Origin: Eledone cirrhosa
Lineage: Eukaryota
DNA: 64,000 nucleotides
Direction of reading: 5' to 3'
Assembly (NCBI GenBank): GCA_964016885.1
Contig: OZ024742.1
Coordinates: 344,720,001 to 344,784,000, forward strand
The translations under genes were made by a program, and so were the position numbers. The notes below the pieces were generated by a model. The model saw nothing but the letters and a program-made list of their open reading frames with translations. It was not told the DNA's origin and made no database searches. How positions within the stretch are numbered: the first letter of the stretch is position 1; every line of letters begins with the position of its first letter. This document shows positions 55,601 to 64,000 of this stretch, piece after piece.

Positions 55601-56575
55601 TAGTAGACTTCCAAGAAGCTAGGAAACCTTGGTATACTTGTTAATAATGTTAGTAGACTTCCAGGAAGTTAGGAAACCCTGGTATACTTGTTAATACTGT
55701 TAGTAGACTTCCAGGAATCTAGGGAACCCTGGTATACTTGTTAATACTGTTAGTAGATTTCCAGGAAGTTAGGGAACCATGGTATACTTGTTAATACTGT
55801 TAGTAGACTTTCAGGACGCTAGGGAAGCATGGTATACATGTTAAACTGTTAGTAGACTTCCAGGAAGATAGGGATCCCTGGTATACTTGTTAATACTGTT
55901 AGTAGACTTTCAGGAAGTTAGGGAACCCTGGTATACTTGTTAATACTGTTAGTAGACTTCCAGGAAGTTGGGGAACCATGGTATACTTGTTAATACTGTT
56001 AGTAGACTTCCAGGAAGTTGGGGAACCCTGGTATACTTGTTAATACTGTTAGTAGCCTTCCGGGAAGTTAGGGAACCCTGGTATAATTGTTAATATTTTT
56101 AGTAGACTTCCAGGAAGCTAGGGAGCGCTGTTATACTTGTTAATACTGTTAGTAGACTTCCAGGAAGTTAGGGAACCCGGGTATACTTGTTAATACTGTT
56201 AGTAGATTTCTAGGAAGATAGGGAACCATGGTATACTTGTTAATATTGTTAGTAGACTTTCAGGAAGTTAGGGAACCCTGGTATACTTGTTAATACTGTT
56301 AGTAGACTTCCAGGAAGTTGGGGAACCATGGTATACTTGTTAATACTGTTAGTAGACTTCCAGGAAGTTGGGGAATCCTGGTATAATTGTTAATATTTTT
56401 AGTAGACTTCCAGGAAGCTAGGGAGCGCTGTTATACTTGTTAATACTGTTAGTAGACTTCCAGGAAGTTAGGGAACCCTGGTATACTTGTTAATACTGTT
56501 AGTAGATTTCTAGGAAGATAGTGAACCATGGTATACTTGTTAATATTGTTAGTAGACTTTCAGGAAGTTAGGGAA
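34630..56575 (+). repeat. Higher-order repeat: five tandem copies of a 4,398-bp unit (88 monomers, two of them 49 bp); fifth copy 4,348 bp
   Basis: Marker AGATGGGATCCC at 36226, 40624, 45022, 49420, 53768 (spacings 4398, 4398, 4398, 4348). Marker TTGAC preceding the GGGTACCATTG monomer at 34663, 39061, 43459, 47857, 52255 (all 4398 apart). Confidence 0.95.
38380..39030 (+). repeat. 300-bp (6-monomer) internal duplication nested in the 88-mer HOR, repeated in each HOR copy
   Basis: GAGCGCTGTT at 38581/38881. The same pair recurs near 42980/43280, 47377/47677, 51775/52075, 56123/56423 and 58322/58622. Confidence 0.88.
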
Positions 56576-59500
56576 CCCTGGTATACTTGTTAATACTGTT
56601 AGTAGATTTCTAGAAAGTTAGGGAACCTTGGTATACTTGTTAATACTGTTAGTAGACTTTCAGGAAGCTAGGGAACCCTGGTATACTTGTTAATACTGTT
56701 AGTAGACTTCCAGGAAGCTGGGGAACCCTGGTATACTTGTTAGTACTGTCAGTAGACTTACAGGAAGGTAGGGAACCCTGGTATACTTGTTAATACTGTT
56801 AGTAGACTTCCAGGAAGGTAGGAAACCATGATATACTTGTTAATACTGTTAGTAGACTTTCAGGAAGTTAGGGAACCCTGGTATACTTGTTAATACTGTT
56901 AGTAGACTTCCAGGAAGATGGGATCCCTGGTATACTTGTTAATACTGTTACTAGACTTCCGGGAAGTTAGGGAACCCTGGTATACTTGTTAATACTGTTA
57001 GTAGACTTCCAGGAAGTTAGGGAACCCTGGTATATTTGTTAATACTGTTAGTAGACTTCCAGGAAGTTGGGGAACCATGGTATACTTGTTAATATTATTA
57101 GTACACTTCCAGGAAGTTGGGGAACCCTGGTATACTTGTTAATACAGTTAGTAGACTTCCGCGAAGTTAGGGAGCCCTGGTATACTTGTTAATATTGTTA
57201 GTAGACTTCCAGGAAGCTAGGGAACACTGGTATACTTGTTAATACTGTTAGTAGATTTCCAGGAAGTTAGGGAACGCTGGTATACTTATTAATATTGTTA
57301 GTAGACTTTCAGGAATCTTGGGAACCCTGGTATACTTGTTAATAGTGTTAGTAGACTTTCAGGAAGCTAGGGAACCCTGGTATACTTGTTAATACTGTTA
57401 GTAGACTTTCAGGAATATAGGGAGCCCTGGTATACTTGTTAATACTGTTAGTAGACTTTCAGGAAGGTAGGGAACCATGGTATACTTGTCAATACCGTTA
57501 GCAGACTTCCGGGAAGTTAGGGAACCCTGGTATACTTGTTGATACTGTTAGTAGACGTCCAGGAAGTTAGGGAACCCTGGTATACTTGTTAATACTGTTA
57601 GTAGACTTTCAGGAAGCTAGGCAACCCTGGTATACTTGTTAATACTGTTAGTATACTTCCAGGAAGTTAGGGAACTATGGTATACTTGTTAATACTGTTA
57701 GTAGATTTCCATGAAGTTAGGAAACCATGGTTTTCTTGTTAATACTGTTAGTAGATTTCCAGGAAGTTAGGGAGCTATGGTATACTTGTTAATACTGTTA
57801 GTAGACTTCCAGGAAGTTGGGGAACCCTGGTATACTTGTTAATACTGTTAGTAGACTTCCGGGAAGTTAGGGAGCCCTGGTATACTTGTTAATATTGTTA
57901 GTAGACTTCCAGGAAGCTAGGGAACCCTGGTATACTTGTTAATACTGTTAGTAGATTTCCAGGAAGTTAGGGAACCCTTGTATACTTGTTAATACTGTTA
58001 GTAGATTTCCAGGAAGTTAGGGAACCATGGTATACTTGTTAATATTGTTAGTAGACCTTCAGGAAGCTAGGGAACCCTGGTATACTTGTTAATAGTGTTA
58101 GTAGACTTTCAGGAAGCTAGGGAACCCTGGTATACTTGTTAATACTGTTAGTAGACTTCCAGGAAGTTGGGGAACCATGGTATACTTGTTAATACTGTTA
58201 GTAGACTTCCAGGAAGTTGGGGAACCCTGGTATACTTGTTAATACTGTTAGTAGCCTTCCGGGAAGTTAGGGAACCCTGGTATAATTGTTAATATTTTTA
58301 GTAGACTTCCAGGAAGCTAGGGAGCGCTGTTATACTTGTTAATACTGTTAGTAGACTTCCAGGAAGTTAGGGAACCCGGGTATACTTGTTAATACTGTTA
58401 GTAGATTTCTAGGAAGATAGGGAACCATAGTATACTTGTTAATATTGTTAGTAGACTTTCAGGAAGTTAGGGAACCCTGGTATACATGTTAATACTGTTA
58501 GTAGACTTCCAGGAAGTTGGGGAACCATGGTATACTTGTTAATACTGTTAGTAGACTTCCAGGAAGTTGGGGAATCCTGGTATAATTGTTAATATTTTTA
58601 GTAGACTTCCAGGAAGCTAGGGAGCGCTGTTATACTTGTTAATACTGTTTGTAGACTTCCAGGAAGTTAGGGAACCCTGGTATACTTGTTAATACTGTTA
58701 GTAGATTTCTAGGAAGATAGTGAACCATGGTATACTTGTTAATATTGTTAGTAGACTTTCAGGAAGTTAGGGAACCCTGATATACTTGTTAATACTGTTA
58801 GTAGATTTCTAGAAAGTTAGGGAACCTTGGTATACTTGTTAATACTGTTAGTAGACTTTCAGGAAGCTAGGGAACCCTGGTATACTTGTTAATACTGTTA
58901 GTAGACTGCCAGGAAGCTGGGTAACCCTGGTATACTTGTTAGTACTGTCAGTAGACTTACAGGAAGGTAGGGAACCCTGGTATACTTGTTAATACTGTTA
59001 GTAGACTTCCAGGAAGGTAGGAAACCATGATATACTTGTTAATACTGTTAGTAGACTTTCAGGAAGTTAGGGAACCCTGGTATACTTGTTAATACTGTTA
59101 GTAGACTTCCAGGAAGATGGGATCCCTGGTATACTTGTTAATACTGTTACTAGACTTCCGGGAAGTTAGGGAACCCTGGTATACTTGTTAATACTGTTAG
59201 TAGACTTCCAGGAAGTTAGGGAACCCTGGTATATTTGTTAATACTGTTAGTAGACTTCCAGGAAGTTGGGGAACCATGGTATACTTGTTAATATTGTTAG
59301 TACACTTCCAGGAAGTTGGGGAACCCTGGTATACTTGTTAATACAGTTAGTAGACTTCCGCGAAGTTAGGGAGCCCTGGTATACTTGTTAATATTGTTAG
59401 TAGACTTCCAGGAAGCTAGGGAACACTGGTATACTTGTTAATACTGTTAGTAGATTTCCAGGAAGTTAGGGAACGCTGGTATACTTATTAATATTGTTAG

Positions 59501-60300
59501 TAGACTTTCAGGAAGCTAGGGAACCCTGGTATACTTGTTAATACTGTTAGTAGACTTTCAGGAATATAGGGAGCCCTGGTATACTTGTTAATACTGTTAG
59601 TAGACTTTCAGGAAGGTAGGGAACCATGGTATACTTGTCAATACCGTTAGCAGACTTCCGGGAAGTTAGGGAACCCTGGTATACTTGTTGATACTGTTAG
59701 TAGACTTCCAGGAAGTTAGGGAACCCTGGTATACTTGTTAATACTGTTAGTAGACTTTCAGGAAGCTAGGCAACCCTGGTATACTTGTTAATACTGTTAG
59801 TATACTTCCAGGAAGTTAGGGAACCATGGTATACTTGTTAATACTGTTAGTAGATTTCCATGAAGTTAGGAAACCATGGTTTTCTTGTTAATACTGTTAG
59901 TAGATTTCCAGAAAGTTAGGGAGCTATGGTATACTTGTTAATACTGTTAGTAGACTTCCAGGAAGTTGGGGAACCCTGGTATACTTGTTAATACTGTTAG
60001 TAGACTTCCGGGAAGTTAGGGAGCCCTGGTATACTTGTTAATATTGTTAGTAGACTTCCAGGAAGCTAGGGAACCCTGGTATACTTGTTAATACTGTTAG
60101 TAGACTTCCAGGAAGTTAGGGAACCCTGGTATACTTGTTAATACTGTTAGTAGATTTCCAGGAAGTTAGGGAACCATGGTATACTTGTTAATATTGTTAG
60201 TAGACCTTCAGGAAGCTAGGGAACCCTGGTATACTTGTTAATAGTGTTAGTAGACTTTCAGGAAGCTAGGGAACCCTGGTATACTTGTTAATACTGTTAG
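56575..60300 (+). repeat. Truncated HOR variant with 2,199-bp period (44 monomers), one full and one partial copy
   Basis: ATTTCTAGAAAG at 56606/58805 and AGATGGGATCCC at 56916/59115 (both 2199 apart). The second copy diverges in its distal part. Confidence 0.8.
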
Positions 60301-63300
60301 TAGACTTTCAGGAAGTTAGGGAACCCTAGTATACTTGTTAATATTGTTAGTATACTTCCAGGAAGGTAGGGAACCCTGGTATACTTGTTAATACTGTTAG
60401 TTGACTACCAGGAAGTTAGGGAACCCTGGTATACTTGTTAATACTGTTAGTAGACTTCCAGGAAGTTAGGGTACCATTGTATACTTGTCAATACCGTTAG
60501 CAGACTTCCGGGAAGTTAGGGAACCCTGGTATACTTGTTGATACTGTTAATAGACTACCAGGAAGTTAGGGAACCATGGTATACTTGTTAATACAGTAAG
60601 TAGATTTCCAGGAAGTTAGGAAACCATGGTTTTCTTGTTAATACTGTTAGTAGACTTCCAGGAAGTTAGGGAACCATGGTATACTTGTTAATACTGTTAG
60701 TAGATTTCCAGGAAGTTAGGAAACCATGGTTTTCTTGTTAATACTGTTAGTAGATTTCCAGGAAGTTAGGGAACTATGGTATACTTGTTAATACTGTTAG
60801 TAGACTTCGAGGAAGTTAGGAAACCCTGGTATACTTGTTAATACTGTTAGTAGATTTCCAGGAAGTTACGGAACCCTGGTATACTTGTTAATACTGTTAG
60901 TAGATTTCCAGGAAGTTAGGGAACCCTGGTATACTTGTTAATTCTGTTAGTAGACTTTCAGGAAGGTAGGGAACCATGGTATACTTGTTAATACTGTTAG
61001 TAGACTTTCAGGAAGCTAGGGAACCCTGGTATACTTGTTAATACTGTTAGTAGTCTTCCAGGAAGGTAGGTAACCCTGGTATACTTGTTATACTGTTAGT
61101 AGACTTCCAGGAAGTTAGGGACCCATGGTATACTTTTTAATACTGTTAGTAGATTTCCATGAAGTTAGGGAACCATGGTATACTAGTTAATCCTGTTAGT
61201 AGACTTTCAGGAAGCTAGGGAACCCTGGTATACATGTTAATACTGTTAGAAGACTTCCAGGAAGTTAGGGAACCCTGGTATACTTGTTAATACTGTTAGT
61301 AGACTTCCAAGAAGCTAGGAAACATTGGTATACTTGTTAATAATGTCAGTAGACTTCCAGGAAGTTAGGGAACCCTGGTATACTTGTTAAGACTGTTATT
61401 AGACTTCCAGGCATCTAGGGAACCCTGTTATACTTGTTAATACTGTTAGTATATTTCCAGGAAGGTAGGGAACCATGGTATAATGTTAACACTGTTAGTA
61501 GACATTCAGGACGCTAGGGAACCATGGTATACTTGTTGAACTGTTAGTAGACTTCCAGGAAGATAGGGAACCCTGGTATACTTGTTAATACTGTTAGTAG
61601 ATTTCCAGGAAGTTAGGGAACCCTGGTACACTTGTTAATAGTGTTAGTAGACTTCCAGGAATTTGGGGAACCCTGGTATATATGTTAATACTGTTAGTAG
61701 ACTTCCAGGAAGTTGCGGAACCCTGGTATACTTGTTAATAATGTTAGTAGACTTCCTGGAAGTTAGGGAACCCTGGTATACTTGTTAATATTGTTAGTAG
61801 ACTTCCAGGAAGCTAGGGAACCCTGGTATACTTGTTAATACTGTTAGTAGACTTCCAGGAAGTTGGGGAACCATGGTATACTTGTTAATACTGTTAGTAG
61901 ACTTCCAGGAAGTTGGGGAACCATGGTATACTTGTTAATACTGTTAGTAGACTTCCAGGATGTAGGGGAACCCTGGTATACTTGTTAATACTGTTAGTAG
62001 ACTTCCGGGAAGTTAGGGAGACCTGGTATACTTGTTAATATTGTAAGTAGACTTACAGGAAGCTAGGGAACCCTGGTATACTTGTTAATACTGTTAGTAG
62101 ACTTCCAGGAAGTTAGGGAACCCTGGCATACTTGTTAATACTGTTAGTAGATTTCCAGGAAGTTAGGGAACCATGGTATACTTGTTAATATTGTTAGTAG
62201 ACTTTCATGATGCTAGGGAACCCTGGTATACTTGTTAATACTGTTAGTAGACTTTCAGGAAGGTAAGGAACCATGGTATACTTGTTAATACTGTTAGTAG
62301 ACTTTCTGGAAGCTAGGGAACCCTGGTATACTTGTTAATACTGTTAGTAGACTTCCAGGAAGGTAGGGAACCCTGGTATACTTGTTAATACTGTTAGTAG
62401 ACTTCCAGGAAGTTAGGGAACCATTGTATACTTTTTAATACTGTTAGTAGATTTCCAGGAAGTTAGGGAACCATGGTACACTAGTTAATACTCTTAGTAG
62501 ACTTTCAGGATGCTAGGGAACCCTGGTATACTTGTTAATACTGTTAGTAGACTTCCAGGAAGGTAGGTAACCCTGGTATACTTGTTAATACTGTTAGTAG
62601 ACTTCCAGGAAGATAGGGACCCATGGTATACTTTTTAATATTGTTAGTAGATTTCCATGAAGTTAGGGAACCATGGTATACTAGTTAATACTGTTAGTAG
62701 ACTTTCAGGAAGCTAGGTAACCCTGGTATACTTGTTAATACTGTCAGTAGACTTCCAGGAAGTTAGGGTACCCTGGTATACTTGTTAATTATGTTAGTAG
62801 ACTTTCAGGAAGGTAGGGAACCATGGTATACTTGTTAATACTGTTAGTAGACTTCCAGGAATCTAGGGAACCCTGGTATACTTGTTAATACTGTTAGTAG
62901 ACTTCCAGGAAGGTAGGTAACCCTGGTATACTTGTTAATACTGTTAGTAGACTTCCAGGAAGTTAGGGACCCATAGTATACTTTTTAATACTGTTAGTAG
63001 GTTTCCATGAAGTTAGGGAAACCTGGTATACTTGATAATTCTGTTAGTAGACTTTCAGGAAGTTAGGGAACCATGGTATACTTGTTAATACTGTTAGTAG
63101 ACTTCCAGGAAGCTAGGGAACCCTGGTATACTTGTTAATTCTGTTAGTAGACTTTCAGGAAGTTAGGGAACCATGTTATACTTGTTAATACTGTTAGTAG
63201 ACTTCCAAGAAGCTAGGAAACCTTGGTATACTTGTTAATAATATTAGTAGACATCCAGGAAGTTAGGTAACCCTGGTATACTTGTTAATACTGTTAGTAG

Positions 63301-64000
63301 ACTTCCAGGAATCTAGGGAACCCTGGTATGCTTGTTAATACTGTTAGTAGATTTCCAGGAAGTTAGGGAACTATGGTATACTTGTTAATACTGTTAGTAG
63401 ACTTTCAGGACGCTAGGGAACCATGGTATACTTGCTAAACTGTTAGTAGACTTCCAGGAAGATAGGGAACCCTGGTATACTTGTTAATACTGTTAGTAGA
63501 TTTCCAGGAAGCTAGGGAACCCTGGTATACTTGTTAATACTGTTAGTAGACTTCCAGGAAGTTAGGGAACCATGGAATACTTGTTAATACTGTTAGTAGA
63601 TTTCCAGGAAGTTAGGAAACCATGGTTTTCTTGTTAATACTGTTAGTAGATTTCCAGGAAGTTAGGGAACTATGGTATACTTGTTAATACTGTTAGTAGA
63701 CATCGAGGAAGTTAGGGAACCCTGGTATACTTGTTAATACTGTTAGTAGATTTCCAGGAAGTTACGGAACCCTGGTATACTTGTTAATACTGTTAGTAGA
63801 TTTCCAGGAAGTTAGGGAACCCTGGTATACATGTTAATTCTGTTAGTAGACTTTCAGGAAGGTAGGGAACCATGGTATACTTGTTAATACTGTTAGTAGA
63901 CTTCCAGGAAGCTAGGGAACCCTGGTATACTTGTTAATACTGTTAGTAGACTTCCAGGAAGGTAGGTAACCCTGGTATACTTGTTAATACTGTTAGTAGA

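Larger units (their letters stand above)
1..64000 (+). repeat. 50-bp tandem satellite array, ~1,280 monomers, single orientation, running off both window edges
   Basis: GGTATACTTG recurs every 50 nt (e.g. 9001 and 9051). Consensus GGTATACTTGTTAATACTGTTAGTAGACTTCCAGGAAGTTAGGGAACCCT. Monomers typically differ from it by 0-4 substitutions, with rare 1-bp indels and a 3-bp deletion near 6641. No non-repeat insert seen. Confidence 0.99.

Noticed and set aside
1-64000. CRISPR array (palindromic repeat at regular spacing)
   Set aside because: No unique spacers: the whole 50-bp unit is repeated with only point variants. No leader or cas genes are present.
1-64000. Giant repetitive protein-coding ORF on either strand
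   Set aside because: Each monomer has TAA/TAG on the + strand (TTAAT, TTAGTAG, TTAGGG) and three TAA on the - strand. The period of 50 is not a multiple of 3, so every frame meets stops within about 150 nt.
1-64000. 60-bp periodicity suggested by the line layout
   Set aside because: The 10-nt blocks shift by one column per line, and direct counting gives a 50-bp period.
1-64000. True telomere tract or G-quadruplex array
   Set aside because: TTAGGG is never tandem. There is only one GGG run per 50 bp, too far apart for a canonical intramolecular G4.
1-64000. Bacterial features: Dcm sites (CCWGG twice per monomer), plasmid iterons, terminators or promoters
   Set aside because: There is no gene or replicon context, and iteron arrays are far shorter. 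The dyads have short arms with 0-2 nt loops and no U-tract. The matches are by-products of the monomer sequence.
1-64000. Information-encoding variant cassettes (diversity-generating or antigenic-variation archive)
   Set aside because: The variants are explained by point mutation plus block duplication. No coding target, recombinase or reverse transcriptase is present in the window.

Overview
The whole 64 kb window is one uninterrupted head-to-tail tandem array (satellite DNA) of a 50-bp monomer. The consensus is GGTATACTTGTTAATACTGTTAGTAGACTTCCAGGAAGTTAGGGAACCCT (40% GC), present in about 1,280 copies, all in one orientation. No unique sequence, genes, RNA genes, transposons or CRISPR spacers are visible. 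Stop codons on both strands plus a period not divisible by 3 close all six reading frames. The information lies in the variant pattern. Rare diagnostic monomers reveal nested higher-order repeats (HORs): five copies of a 4,398-bp 88-mer (~34.6-56.6 kb, the last copy missing one monomer), tandem duplications of 3,649 bp (73-mer), 2,299 bp (46-mer), 2,199 bp (44-mer), 900 bp (18-mer) and 300 bp (6-mer), and an older ~4,450-bp duplication. Older-type variants flank the young 88-mer block on both sides, and more diverged monomers lie at the window ends. The monomer carries three short dyads and one TTAGGG hexamer. The organism and function cannot be determined from the sequence; eukaryotic centromeric or subtelomeric satellite is the most plausible reading (inference). 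Periods were measured by hand from marker positions, and block boundaries are approximate to about one or two monomers.
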